64,000 bases of DNA. Source: a virus. The notes beneath the pieces are model-generated. The model worked only from the letters and a program-made list of their open reading frames with translations, ran no database searches and had not been told where the DNA came from. Positions 35,782 through 45,429 of this stretch are shown here, piece after piece. The stretch covers positions 43,382-107,381 of IMG/VR virus record IMGVR_UViG_3300030012_002034; one strand, given 5' to 3'. The position numbers were made by a program, and so were the translations under genes. Numbering within the stretch: position 1 is the first letter of the stretch; each line of letters begins with the position of its first letter.

Positions 35782-36297
35782 ATGAGTCTAAAATTAGATG
35801 AAGGGAGACCTCCTGTGAGAGTCTCTGCAGACAAAGCAGGCTGTATTATTAAACAGTCAAAGAATCCTGAATGGGGATTTATTAGAGTAGTACAAGAAAA
35901 ACTTGTAGTAAGAGATAACTTCTATGGTGAAAAAGAAGTTAGTGCTTTATTCCATGGACCTATGGATAAATTAAAAAACATGGGACTTCAAGCTGGAGAT
36001 AAGTTAATAGGAAACATTGTTATAAAAGAGCAATTAACTCCTTTTAGTTTAGCTACGGCTGAGAAAGATAAGAAGAAAGCTGGTGACACCGGTATATTCT
36101 TGACAGTTGGTGGTTGTCCAATTTACCGTAGGACATACTATACAACAGCTTCTAATGTTGAGGATGCTTTAATCCAACATGATAACATAGAGGAGCTTAG
36201 AGCAGCATATGAATCGCAAAAGAATACTGAAGATGTATCAACTAGTACATCTGAAAGTTTATCAGAAACATCTTTTGAAGATGATTTCTCACTATAA
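35782..36297 (+). CDS. probable single-stranded DNA-binding protein
   Basis: Beta-rich core, acidic tail ending FEDDFSL, own terminator. Confidence 0.5.
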   Translation: MSLKLDEGRPPVRVSADKAGCIIKQSKNPEWGFIRVVQEKLVVRDNFYGEKEVSALFHGPMDKLKNMGLQAGDKLIGNIVIKEQLTPFSLATAEKDKKKAGDTGIFLTVGGCPIYRRTYYTTASNVEDALIQHDNIEELRAAYESQKNTEDVSTSTSESLSETSFEDDFSL

Positions 36298-36328
36298 CAT
36301 TTAGCTTATTTAGTTTAGGCTAAACTAC

Positions 36329-36364
36329 AGGGAGGAAGGAGTAGGTTACTTTCTCCCTTTTTTT
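36329..36364 (+). terminator. intrinsic terminator
   Basis: AGGGAGGAAG...CTTTCTCCCT + T-run. Confidence 0.7.
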
Positions 36365-36387
36365 ATTAATCCCCAAATGTATAACAT

Positions 36388-36930
36388 ATGAAAAAACAAA
36401 TTTCAAATCGCAAAGGAAAGTATCAGTTTGCAGGCAAGCTGTCAGACTTTCAAAAGTTAGAAGCTAACCCAAAAAGCTTCGTTAAGTATGAGCAGGATAA
36501 ATACACTGCTTACCAAAATTATCTTTACAAAAGAGCTTTATATGGATTTAAAGCAATGACTAAAGAAGAGTATAATAATACTTGTAAACAAAAGAAACAA
36601 AGAATAAGTAGAGTATATCTGAGAGCTCAAAAAGTTATTAATAAACTTAAACAGGAAAGTACAAATAGATACTCAAACTTTATATTTAAAACTTTGTTTC
36701 CAGATGCACCACTAACTGATTGGTTCATTGAAAATAGTTTTACAGATGATAAATTTAAAAATACTCTTACCTTTGCTGACCTAGGTATATCCAAAGATGA
36801 TATAGTTCAAATATTTATAAAAGAAGGTGTCTTACCTCATAATTTTATGGATATCACAGAACAACCTAAGTCTAAATTAAAGAGAAATAATTCTCAGAAA
36901 TTACCAAGGTTAAAGTATCAATGTAAATGA
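36388..36930 (+). CDS. hypothetical protein
   Basis: 180 aa basic ORF. Confidence 0.6.
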   Translation: MKKQISNRKGKYQFAGKLSDFQKLEANPKSFVKYEQDKYTAYQNYLYKRALYGFKAMTKEEYNNTCKQKKQRISRVYLRAQKVINKLKQESTNRYSNFIFKTLFPDAPLTDWFIENSFTDDKFKNTLTFADLGISKDDIVQIFIKEGVLPHNFMDITEQPKSKLKRNNSQKLPRLKYQCK

Positions 36931-37334
36931 TAAAAGCTAAAAAGAAAGTATGTGATTCTTGTGAAGAACTTACTTATATCTGGAAAAATTATGGCGGCAT
37001 GCGCTGGTGTAAAAAATGCTGGAGTTGCCACAAGGCTAAAGAAGGTGTAAAAAAACCAACTACATCGGCCATCCGTCATAGTTCTGCCAGAAGACAAAAG
37101 AAAGATAATGAGTATTTAAAGTTAAGAAAGAGATACTTAAGTGAGAATTCATTATGTAAAGTAAAAGTAAAAGGATGCACAACACATGCAACAGATGTGC
37201 ATCATACTAGGGGTGGCAGTGAAAGAGATGTATATTATTTAATACAATCTACTTGGCTACCTGTATGTAGAAGTTGTCATAACTGGATACATGCTAACCC
37301 TAAAGAAGCAAGAGAATTAAATTATTTAAAATAA
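36927..37334 (+). CDS. Zn-finger + HNH-like nuclease
   Basis: CxxC...CxxC; C...C...DVHH...VCRSCHNWIH. Confidence 0.65.
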   Translation: MIKAKKKVCDSCEELTYIWKNYGGMRWCKKCWSCHKAKEGVKKPTTSAIRHSSARRQKKDNEYLKLRKRYLSENSLCKVKVKGCTTHATDVHHTRGGSERDVYYLIQSTWLPVCRSCHNWIHANPKEARELNYLK

Positions 37335-37335
37335 T

Positions 37336-38454
37336 ATGGACAAAACAAAAATTCAAGAGATTGCCCTGAAGCAGACTGATAGAGTCAAAAGATGCGGCTT
37401 AGGTTTAGCAACAGGTGTAGGTAAGACTTTACTAGGTCTTAAACATATGGAAAAAGAGTATAGTCCTTTGAAGAAGTATTTAGTAGTAGCTCCTAAGAAA
37501 GCTATTATGGAAGAGTGGAGATCACAGGCAGTCTTATTTAATAAAACTAAAGTGATATCAATTACAGAGTTTACAACTTATAGAAGTTTAAACAAAAAAG
37601 ATCCTAAAGAATATGATGTTATTTATCTAGATGAGTGTCATAGTTTATTAGATAGTCATAGAACATTCTTATCTAATTATAATGGTAAGATTTTAGGATT
37701 AACAGGTACTCCTCCTAGATTTACAAATTCTGAAAAGGGTAGGATGGTACAAGAGTACTGTCCAATTATTTGGAATTATTTAGCTGATGAAGCTATTGAT
37801 GATAAAATTCTAAATGATTATAAGATAGTTGTGCATCATATACAACTTACTTCTAAACCAGTAATACCTGTTACTGCAAGATTTGGAAAATTAAAGTTTA
37901 ATACTTCTGAGAAGAAAAGTTATAACTATTGGAATACTAGATTAGATAATGCTTTTACTCCTAAAGAAATAAATATAGCTAGAATTCAAAGAATGAGAGC
38001 TTTAAAAGATTTTCCTAGTAAAGAAAAGTACACTAAAATACTTGCTCATTCTATAGAGAATACTGACAAAGATAAATGTTTAATCTTTGCAAATACTCAA
38101 GAGCAAGCTGATAAGTTATCAGAGCATAGTTATCATAGTAATAACATTGATTCAGAAGATAATCTTAAACTATTTAAAGAAGGTAAGATTAATAGACTAT
38201 CTTGTGTACTACAGTTAAGTGAAGGTGTAAATATACCTGATCTAAAACAAGGAATTATTATGCATGCATATGGTAATGAAAGAAAAGCTAGTCAAAGAAT
38301 TGGTAGGCTTTTAAGATTAAATCCTGATGACACATCTATAATTCATATCTTATGTTACAAAGATACTATAGATGAGAAATGGGTAGCAAATGCATTAGAA
38401 CCTTTTGATAAAGATAAAATAATATTCAAAGATTTTAATATAAAAATCTGGTAA
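37336..38454 (+). CDS. superfamily 2 (DExH) helicase
   Basis: ATGVGKT, DECH, GLTGT, EGVNIP, QRIGRLLR. Confidence 0.9.
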   Translation: MDKTKIQEIALKQTDRVKRCGLGLATGVGKTLLGLKHMEKEYSPLKKYLVVAPKKAIMEEWRSQAVLFNKTKVISITEFTTYRSLNKKDPKEYDVIYLDECHSLLDSHRTFLSNYNGKILGLTGTPPRFTNSEKGRMVQEYCPIIWNYLADEAIDDKILNDYKIVVHHIQLTSKPVIPVTARFGKLKFNTSEKKSYNYWNTRLDNAFTPKEINIARIQRMRALKDFPSKEKYTKILAHSIENTDKDKCLIFANTQEQADKLSEHSYHSNNIDSEDNLKLFKEGKINRLSCVLQLSEGVNIPDLKQGIIMHAYGNERKASQRIGRLLRLNPDDTSIIHILCYKDTIDEKWVANALEPFDKDKIIFKDFNIKIW

Positions 38455-38473
38455 ATTTTTCGTAAATTATAGT

Positions 38474-38734
38474 ATGGAAGATAAGGTAAGAACACATAAA
38501 GTAACACTGTATAATGATGATGATCATAGTTTTGAATTCGTAATGGCTTCATTAATAAAGTTTTGTGATCATGATATAAAACAAGCAGAACAGTGTGTAT
38601 TAATCACTGATGCTACTGGAAAATGTGATGTCTTTAGTGGAAATTTTGATGAAGTTTTGGAAACTAAGCTAGAATTAGATAACTTAGGACTCAAAGTTGA
38701 TCTTCATGAAACCGTTAAAAGTGATATGCATTGA
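38474..38734 (+). CDS. clpS: ClpS-like Clp protease adaptor
   Basis: VTLYNDDDHSFEFV..L...C.H...QAEQC......GKC.V..G. Confidence 0.8.
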   Translation: MEDKVRTHKVTLYNDDDHSFEFVMASLIKFCDHDIKQAEQCVLITDATGKCDVFSGNFDEVLETKLELDNLGLKVDLHETVKSDMH

Positions 38735-39035
38735 TGCCTCTAATAAACCAGAGGAGATACCAGAAGATTTGTGGGTAAAACAAGATGAAATCTATACAAT
38801 TAAGGATGTAGCTAGACTTGCTATTCAAGGAGATAAGATTGGTTATAAATTTGAAGAGATAGAATTAGATGAGTCTTGTTTTCCCTATGAGTTTTATAAT
38901 GCAGATAGGTTTATGTTTTTATTAGATGTTACTATTGCTGCGGTATTAGAAGATCTTAGAGATTATGACCCTGATGATAATGGTGATGATGAAGATGATA
39001 CACCTGCAGTAGCAAACTTTGAAAGTTTAAATTAA
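38706..39035 (+). CDS. hypothetical protein with acidic tail
   Basis: MKPLKVICID..NKP motif. Confidence 0.6.
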   Translation: MKPLKVICIDASNKPEEIPEDLWVKQDEIYTIKDVARLAIQGDKIGYKFEEIELDESCFPYEFYNADRFMFLLDVTIAAVLEDLRDYDPDDNGDDEDDTPAVANFESLN

Positions 39036-39043
39036 TTTTATTT

Positions 39044-39229
39044 ATGAAAAAGTCTAATGATTTAGGCTGCTATCTTATGATGGTTAGCTATATGTATTTA
39101 GTATTTACACAAGTATTTGCTTTATATTTTTTTTGGGAATATTATAGCACTCATTCCTTTTGGAATTCAATAATATTTGGTAGCTTAGTAGCTGAGATCA
39201 AAGGATTATTATTTCCATTTTTTATATGA
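39044..39229 (+). CDS. small membrane protein
   Basis: 61 aa hydrophobic. Confidence 0.5.
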   Translation: MKKSNDLGCYLMMVSYMYLVFTQVFALYFFWEYYSTHSFWNSIIFGSLVAEIKGLLFPFFI

Positions 39230-39729
39230 ACCAACAATATTCCATGCTGGATGTAGTACAAGAATTAAGACAATTAGTACCTACTAAAGTTACAAGAAAA
39301 AGAGTTTATTTAGATAGAAGAAACTATCTTATATGTATATTATATTACAAGTTTAAATGCTCAGAAGAGTATATTGCAAGTAATCTAAATGTAAAAAGGT
39401 GTTCTGTGACTCATGCTAAGAGACAGCCTATATATCTTGTTAAATCAGGTGATCCTTTATTTCAGAAAAATGTTTTAGAATTACAAAAGAAATATCCTTA
39501 TGAACTCCCTAAAACAGATGCTCCAATAGGTAAAGGTAGAAAGAAAACAAAAACAATATTTTTAGACACTGAAACTTTAAATAGAATACAATCATTTAAA
39601 GAAAAATTTCATGTTGATAATACTAGATCTGCATTAAGATTACTTATTGATTTAGGTTTAGATAAAGTTGAAAAAGGGAATATAACATTTGAAGTGTTAT
39701 GGAAAGCTAAAAAGAAAATTAATAAATAA
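39226..39729 (+). CDS. putative DNA-binding protein (HTH-like + ribbon-helix-helix-like)
   Basis: EEYIASNLNVKRCSVTHA; KTIFLD...RSALRLLIDLGL. Confidence 0.45.
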   Translation: MNQQYSMLDVVQELRQLVPTKVTRKRVYLDRRNYLICILYYKFKCSEEYIASNLNVKRCSVTHAKRQPIYLVKSGDPLFQKNVLELQKKYPYELPKTDAPIGKGRKKTKTIFLDTETLNRIQSFKEKFHVDNTRSALRLLIDLGLDKVEKGNITFEVLWKAKKKINK

Positions 39730-39863
39730 TTAAATGGAAACAATATTTAAGTTATTTAATGAATTAGAACTTTTAGTAAGAGAGGGTAAGCACCCTAATA
39801 AACAAGTGCAGTTAATTATAAGTATTAGAATACTTTTAAGTGAACTTAATAAAAAATAAATAT

Positions 39864-40061
39864 ATGGCAATAGATAATGAAACTTTTCATCATTTTAGAG
39901 AAAAGAAAAAGCAAGAAATTCTAGACAGACTAGAGTTTCATAGTATAAGACATAAAGACAAATGTGAAATTTGGATGGATCCTTTTACAGATAAGAAATA
40001 TAATGTTAAAATAGAAGTTAAAAGAAGATTTGATGATATGAAAGAGGTATCAGATGAGTAG
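39864..40061 (+). CDS. hypothetical protein
   Basis: Likely start MAIDNETFHHFR. Confidence 0.55.
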   Translation: MAIDNETFHHFREKKKQEILDRLEFHSIRHKDKCEIWMDPFTDKKYNVKIEVKRRFDDMKEVSDE

Positions 40062-40124
40062 ATGGAAAACAATATTTAGACTAAATATATTCTGTTATAA
40101 AATAAGAATCTATAAAAGGAGAAG

Positions 40125-40331
40125 ATGATGAAAGGCAGTATGATTTACACAAAAGGGCTGGAAGATCAAATTCAAGATTTAAAAACAGAGCTCTTAGAAA
40201 TCAGAAAACATAAAAAAGAATCTGAATTAAAAATGTATAAGAAAGCATATCAGGTGCTTAAAAACTATATTAAAGATAGTAAACAAGAAGTACCAGAATA
40301 TATTAAAGAAATATTAGAACTTGAATTATGA
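40125..40331 (+). CDS. hypothetical protein
   Basis: 68 aa. Confidence 0.5.
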   Translation: MMKGSMIYTKGLEDQIQDLKTELLEIRKHKKESELKMYKKAYQVLKNYIKDSKQEVPEYIKEILELEL

Positions 40332-40334
40332 AGT

Positions 40335-40553
40335 ATGGGAAGAATGAAAGATGTATTTATACAAATGAGAGCAGAGGAATATGAGGGAGATGTAAACACT
40401 TATGTAAAAAAATACGCTGAAGAATTAAATTCTATTAAGTATTTTTGTACACACTGCGGTAAAACATGGTCATATAAGCATGATCAAGAAAATGAAGTGT
40501 GTCCTGAATGCTTTAGCACAGTAATAGAAACAGTTATAAAACACAATAAATGA
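40335..40553 (+). CDS. Zn-ribbon protein
   Basis: MGRMKDVFI; CTHC...CPEC. Confidence 0.6.
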   Translation: MGRMKDVFIQMRAEEYEGDVNTYVKKYAEELNSIKYFCTHCGKTWSYKHDQENEVCPECFSTVIETVIKHNK

Positions 40554-40798
40554 AACCAATTGAAGAAGATCTAGAGTACATGGAAGGAATATGGGCTGGT
40601 AAAGTATTAGTACAACACTTAGATAGCAGTACTTATGGTACTCTAGATGTAGCAATTGGTGTTAAGAAAACTGTTGTAGAAAAGTTTGAAAAAGAGTTTG
40701 GGTATAGTAGAAACATGCCTGAATATAATAGAGATTACGCATTTAATCTCGGAATGCTGGATGCATTAAAAGAATATAAAAAGAATCAAGAAGACTGA
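40550..40798 (+). CDS. hypothetical protein
   Basis: 82 aa. Confidence 0.55.
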   Translation: MKPIEEDLEYMEGIWAGKVLVQHLDSSTYGTLDVAIGVKKTVVEKFEKEFGYSRNMPEYNRDYAFNLGMLDALKEYKKNQED

Positions 40799-40856
40799 TA
40801 TGGCAAGGTATTATCATAGTCCTAGCATATTTGTTGATAACTTAGTAAAAGGAAGA

Positions 40857-41408
40857 ATGGGACAATATTTTAAAGCGTTTAATTTAGATAAGAGAGAAGT
40901 TGTAAAACCAGATTGGTTAAAACTTATGGAGCATAGCTACATAGATAATGAATCTGTTAGTTCTGTAGAAATGTTACTTATAGAGGGAGGCAGATGGCAC
41001 AAAGATAGAATAGTTTGGGGTGGAGATTATGGAGAGATGGAATTATGGTCAATGCTCTATGAAGATAAAGCTAAAGATTGGACTGAACTTAAGGGTTTAA
41101 TTGAAGTAATACCAAATAAGTATAGATATGTCGTTAATTATGATACAAAAGAGTATGTAGATAAACAAGAGGCTATTCCTGAGTTTACAAAATATACTGA
41201 TGGGTATACTGAAGAAATAACAATACACCCTATGCCGTTGCTGCTAGCAGATGGAAACGGAGGTGGTGGTGGAGATTATCATGGTAGTGATATGTATTTA
41301 GTAGGTAGTTGGAAATGTAATAGAATTGGTATTCTAGAGGAAGTTCCAGAAAATTTTACTAAATTAAACTATAAGTTCAGAAGAGCTGGTAGTTACGTAG
41401 ATCATTAA
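40857..41408 (+). CDS. conserved phage hypothetical protein (MGQY family)
   Basis: MGQYF..N.DKRE...KLMEH...GDY...HP.PLL...GNG.GGGDY; ORF track starts at 40800. Confidence 0.65.
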   Translation: MGQYFKAFNLDKREVVKPDWLKLMEHSYIDNESVSSVEMLLIEGGRWHKDRIVWGGDYGEMELWSMLYEDKAKDWTELKGLIEVIPNKYRYVVNYDTKEYVDKQEAIPEFTKYTDGYTEEITIHPMPLLLADGNGGGGGDYHGSDMYLVGSWKCNRIGILEEVPENFTKLNYKFRRAGSYVDH

Positions 41409-41424
41409 TCATAAAATTTAAACC

Positions 41425-41613
41425 ATGCCAAAAAAAATGTACACGTTTTATATCAAAGGAGATATAAGTCAAGAAGCAATATCTCTTGTTAGTTGTGAAG
41501 ATAAAGAAGAAGCAATAAAAATCTTTTGTAATCAGAAACAATTAACTAGAGATGATTTTTTAGAACTATTTGAAGTATCAGATGAAAATGGAAGTAACCA
41601 GGAAGATATCTAA
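41425..41613 (+). CDS. hypothetical protein
   Basis: 62 aa. Confidence 0.5.
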   Translation: MPKKMYTFYIKGDISQEAISLVSCEDKEEAIKIFCNQKQLTRDDFLELFEVSDENGSNQEDI

Positions 41614-41992
41614 CTTCTTAAAAAAGATAATTAAAGAACATTTTGAGATAACTAAACACACTGCAAATAAAAATCTTAATTACCTGTGGTTTATGTACTC
41701 ATCAGGTACAAAGAAAGATAACCTTAAAGATGCCTATATGCTAATGTTTTGTGCAGAGCTAGGTATTCTTAAAGAAATGGGTTACATAAGTCATGAGGAA
41801 GCAGATAATATAATTAGAATGTTACATTCAGATGATACAGACAATCATTTTGTTGCATTTCTAACTGTAAAAACTCTAAGAACTCAAAGAATAAAAGATC
41901 ATGGAGAGTTTAATCAACATAATACTACTTATGATAAAGTAGTAGCTAACTATGCATTTCATGATTTAAAAATTTTAACTGGAGAAAAATGA
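41570..41992 (+). CDS. hypothetical protein
   Basis: 140 aa; true start may be internal. Confidence 0.55.
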   Translation: MKYQMKMEVTRKISNFLKKIIKEHFEITKHTANKNLNYLWFMYSSGTKKDNLKDAYMLMFCAELGILKEMGYISHEEADNIIRMLHSDDTDNHFVAFLTVKTLRTQRIKDHGEFNQHNTTYDKVVANYAFHDLKILTGEK

Positions 41993-42252
41993 CAGAACAA
42001 GAACTAAAAGACTTAGGTTTTGAGAGAACTAAAGTTTTAAAAGAAGAAAGTAATAATGATTTTGATTATTATTATTATACATTAAAAATAGGAAACGTAT
42101 TACATCTTACAAGTACAGACAGTAAACAAATAGAAGAAAAAGGCGGTAAGGATGAATGGTTTGTATATAACTATGAGTGGGCTAATTGTACTATAAAAGA
42201 TTCTAAAAGTATTAAGAATCTCAAAGAAATGATTACTTCCTGGCAAAACTAA
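41989..42252 (+). CDS. hypothetical protein
   Basis: MTEQELKDLGFE; DYYYY. Confidence 0.6.
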   Translation: MTEQELKDLGFERTKVLKEESNNDFDYYYYTLKIGNVLHLTSTDSKQIEEKGGKDEWFVYNYEWANCTIKDSKSIKNLKEMITSWQN

Positions 42253-42256
42253 ATTT

Positions 42257-42628
42257 ATGTTAACACTTAAGATGACTAAGCATAATGGTAAAATAATTTA
42301 TAAGAATGATTCAGATAAATTAAGATACCGTTTGTTTGTAGATAAACTTAAAGAAGGACAAGATCTAGAATTTTTTGTAGATGTAGTTTCAAAGAAAGCA
42401 TCTACAGCTCAAATTACAAAAGTCCACACATGTATAAGACTATTAGCTGGAGAAGCTGGATACACATTTGATGAGATGAAAAGTATTGTTAAAGAAAAAG
42501 CAGGACTATATATTGAAGGAGAAGAAGACCTTAAGTCTTTTGCTCATTGTAGCAAAGATGAAATAACTATGGCAATAGAGGTTTGTAATGAAATAGGAAG
42601 AGATTTTAATATGGACTTTATACAGTAG
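42257..42628 (+). CDS. NinB/YbcN-like protein
   Basis: S.AQ...H..IR.LA.E.G.T.DEMK...K...KSFA..SKDE. Confidence 0.45.
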   Translation: MLTLKMTKHNGKIIYKNDSDKLRYRLFVDKLKEGQDLEFFVDVVSKKASTAQITKVHTCIRLLAGEAGYTFDEMKSIVKEKAGLYIEGEEDLKSFAHCSKDEITMAIEVCNEIGRDFNMDFIQ

Positions 42629-42929
42629 GAGGTACATATCCTTCATCACCTTCTTCAAGAATTTCTTTTTCATCATAAAGGTTATTGTTCTTAGCTTGAG
42701 TTTCAATTTCAGCAAGAAGCAAAGTAATAGTATAAAAAGATCTTTCTAATTCATTAAGATCTTCATATTTACTTTCCATAATCTTTTTAAGAGTTTCTTC
42801 TCTTTTTTTGTCATCTTCAGGAAGCTGCTTGAATAGATAGAAAGAAACATTTTTACTCATTAAGTAAAATGCTTTGTTAACTTTAATCTCTACTAGAGCA
42901 TCTTCTTTTAAATCTTTAACTTTAATCAT
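42618..42929 (-). CDS. counter-oriented hypothetical protein
   Basis: 103 aa; TATATTTG 4 nt upstream of ATG. Confidence 0.65.
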   Translation of the reverse strand: MIKVKDLKEDALVEIKVNKAFYLMSKNVSFYLFKQLPEDDKKREETLKKIMESKYEDLNELERSFYTITLLLAEIETQAKNNNLYDEKEILEEGDEGYVPPTV

Positions 42930-42946
42930 AGAACAAATATACTAAA

Positions 42947-43660
42947 ATGAAATCAACTATCAATATTGAAGATATAAAAAACAAATTGTATAATAATTTA
43001 AAGGCTTCAGGATGGGCCCGTATATTAAAAGGATTTATTTATAGTAAAGACTTTGATAATATTATCAAAGAATTAGCTAAACAATCAAGTGAGGGTAAAA
43101 GATTTACTCCAACTTTTAAAAATATGTTTAGAGCTTTTGAAGAATGTCCTTATGATAAACTAAAAGTAGTAGTAGTTGGGCAAGATCCATATCCTACACC
43201 AGGAGTAGCTGATGGTATTGCATTTTCCTGTAAGAATACACCTAACCTACAACCAAGTATAAGATATATTCTTACTGCTATTAATGATACAGTATACAAC
43301 GGTAATGCTACATCTTCTGAACAAGATCTTACAAAATGGGCTAATCAAGGTATACTATTACTAAACACGGCTCTTACTACAACTGTAAGTAAATCAGGTC
43401 AGCATTTTAAAATATGGCAACCCTTTACAGCATACCTTTTTGATTGGTTAAATTGGCATAACTCAGGAATTGTGTATATTTACATGGGAAGAAAAGCTGA
43501 AGAGTGGAGAGATTCTGTTTCAGATAATAACTATAAGTTAATAGTATCACATCCAGCTAGTGCTGCATACACTAAGCAACAAAAATGGGAATGTAATGAT
43601 GTATTTAATCATACAAATAAAATTATGCATAATTTGTATGGAGAAAAAATAATTTGGTAG
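42947..43660 (+). CDS. ung: uracil-DNA glycosylase (family 1)
   Basis: VVVGQDPY, G.AFS, WA.QGILLLN.ALT, HPAS. Confidence 0.92.
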   Translation: MKSTINIEDIKNKLYNNLKASGWARILKGFIYSKDFDNIIKELAKQSSEGKRFTPTFKNMFRAFEECPYDKLKVVVVGQDPYPTPGVADGIAFSCKNTPNLQPSIRYILTAINDTVYNGNATSSEQDLTKWANQGILLLNTALTTTVSKSGQHFKIWQPFTAYLFDWLNWHNSGIVYIYMGRKAEEWRDSVSDNNYKLIVSHPASAAYTKQQKWECNDVFNHTNKIMHNLYGEKIIW

Positions 43661-43661
43661 C

Positions 43662-44249
43662 ATGGATGAAATATTTAATGTACTCAGGAAATACAAATTA
43701 ACACCTAATCAATTTTATGTACTTTATAATATGAAGTATAAAGTAAAAACTGAGAATTTTGTAAATATATCTTTAGAATTAACAAGACTAAAGAATGATA
43801 AATGGTTAAAAGACACTAATAAATTGACTGATAAAGCAATAATAGTTGTACAACAAGTAGAAGAGTTTTTTAAAGCTCAAAAAAAGAAAACATCTGCTAG
43901 TTTAATGGGACCAGAATTTATAAATAAAATTAAGGAATATTCAGAAATTTTTCCTAAATTTAAACTTCCAAGCGGTAAGTATGCTAGAACAAATATCAAG
44001 ACTTTAGAGAATACATTTAGATGGTTCTTTAATAACTTTGATTATAAATGGGAAACTATTCTCATAGCAGCAAAAAACTATGTGGAAGAATATGAAATGA
44101 ATAATTACAAGTACATGAGAACTTCTCAGTACTTTGTTAGAAAACAGAACCAGGATAAAACATATGATTCAGAGTTGGCTGATTATTGTGAAGCATTAAT
44201 CAATGGAGTAGATGAAAAGAAGAATCATTTTAAAGAAAGAGTAGTATGA
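43662..44249 (+). CDS. putative replication initiator/helicase-loader-like protein
   Basis: Precedes DnaB-like gene; FP.FKLPSG..AR, YM....YF.K motifs. Confidence 0.4.
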   Translation: MDEIFNVLRKYKLTPNQFYVLYNMKYKVKTENFVNISLELTRLKNDKWLKDTNKLTDKAIIVVQQVEEFFKAQKKKTSASLMGPEFINKIKEYSEIFPKFKLPSGKYARTNIKTLENTFRWFFNNFDYKWETILIAAKNYVEEYEMNNYKYMRTSQYFVRKQNQDKTYDSELADYCEALINGVDEKKNHFKERVV

Positions 44250-44437
44250 AATTTTTAAAAAAACCAAAATTAACGCTGGCTATAATAGCTATTATAGGAA
44301 GTCTATCAGCTTGGGCACTAATTAATCTAGCATTAATTAAGATAAATCTATTTGAGTATTTTGTAATTGAAATAATAATTACAGTATTACATTTACTATA
44401 CAATAAAGCAAAGAAGGATCTTATTCCTCAATCATAA
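44246..44437 (+). CDS. small two-TM protein
   Basis: 63 aa. Confidence 0.5.
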   Translation: MKFLKKPKLTLAIIAIIGSLSAWALINLALIKINLFEYFVIEIIITVLHLLYNKAKKDLIPQS

Positions 44438-44443
44438 TAATTT

Positions 44444-45427
44444 ATGAGTACGTTATCTGCAGCAGCTTCAACTAAATGGAGCAGTCAAAAGACTGGCTTT
44501 ATAGATGCCCTTCATTATATGAAAGGTAGAATGGATGGAAATATAAAGAGTCTCAAAACTCCGTGGCATAAATTTAATGATGCTACTACGGATGGTATTG
44601 AGTGGAATACTCTTACGGTTATTGGTGGAAGACCTGGTTCAGGTAAAACACTAATAGTAGACCAAATAGTTAGGGAATCTTTTGTACTTAATGCAGGTGA
44701 AAACTTTAGAGTATTGCAATTTCAATTTGAAATGTTAGCTAGAACAAGTGCTATCAGAGAATATTCTAGTGTGCTTAGACAAACATATAAACATTTATGC
44801 AGTGCTGATGGGAGTCTGACTCCGGATGAACTGCAGAAATGTTATGACTATGCTAAAAAGAAAGTAAAGTATCCTATTGATATAGTAGAAAGACCATGTA
44901 CTGTTGAAGAATTTAAAACAATAGTTCATGATTATATGAAGCATCATAAAGTAAGAAGAGAAGAGGATGATATTTATACTAAAACTTTAATTACTATTGA
45001 CCATTCTTTGTTATTCAAAAAAGATGTAAATGAAAGAGATAAGTTAGAACAACTAAATAAACTTGGAGAAGCTTTAACTTATCTCAAAAGATTATATCCT
45101 ATTTCTTTTATTGTACTAAGTCAGTTGAATAGAAACATTGATAAGCCAGAAAGAAATGAAGATGGTAAATATGGTAATTATATTTTAGAATCTGATCTTT
45201 TTGGAGCAGATGCTTTATTACAACATGCGGATACTTTAGTAGGTATTAACAGACCAGCTAAGCAAAAGATAAGATATTATGGACCAGAGAAATATGTTAT
45301 AGATAATGACAAAGTTCTTGTTATGCATTTTCTTAAATGTAGAAATGGTGATAATAGATTAAGTTTCTTTAGAGCTGAGTTTGAAAAGATGACTATTAAA
45401 GAGATGCTTACACCTCTAACTAAATAA
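44444..45427 (+). CDS. DnaB-like replicative helicase (RecA core only)
   Basis: GGRPGSGKT, FEM, IDH, LSQLNR, Q.AD, LKCRNG. Confidence 0.85.
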   Translation: MSTLSAAASTKWSSQKTGFIDALHYMKGRMDGNIKSLKTPWHKFNDATTDGIEWNTLTVIGGRPGSGKTLIVDQIVRESFVLNAGENFRVLQFQFEMLARTSAIREYSSVLRQTYKHLCSADGSLTPDELQKCYDYAKKKVKYPIDIVERPCTVEEFKTIVHDYMKHHKVRREEDDIYTKTLITIDHSLLFKKDVNERDKLEQLNKLGEALTYLKRLYPISFIVLSQLNRNIDKPERNEDGKYGNYILESDLFGADALLQHADTLVGINRPAKQKIRYYGPEKYVIDNDKVLVMHFLKCRNGDNRLSFFRAEFEKMTIKEMLTPLTK

Positions 45428-45429
45428 TT

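Noticed and set aside
30000-36000. tRNA genes or tmRNA
   Set aside because: No cloverleaf with a GTTCRA T-loop and acceptor stem found by eye; a tRNAscan/ARAGORN run would be needed to exclude them fully
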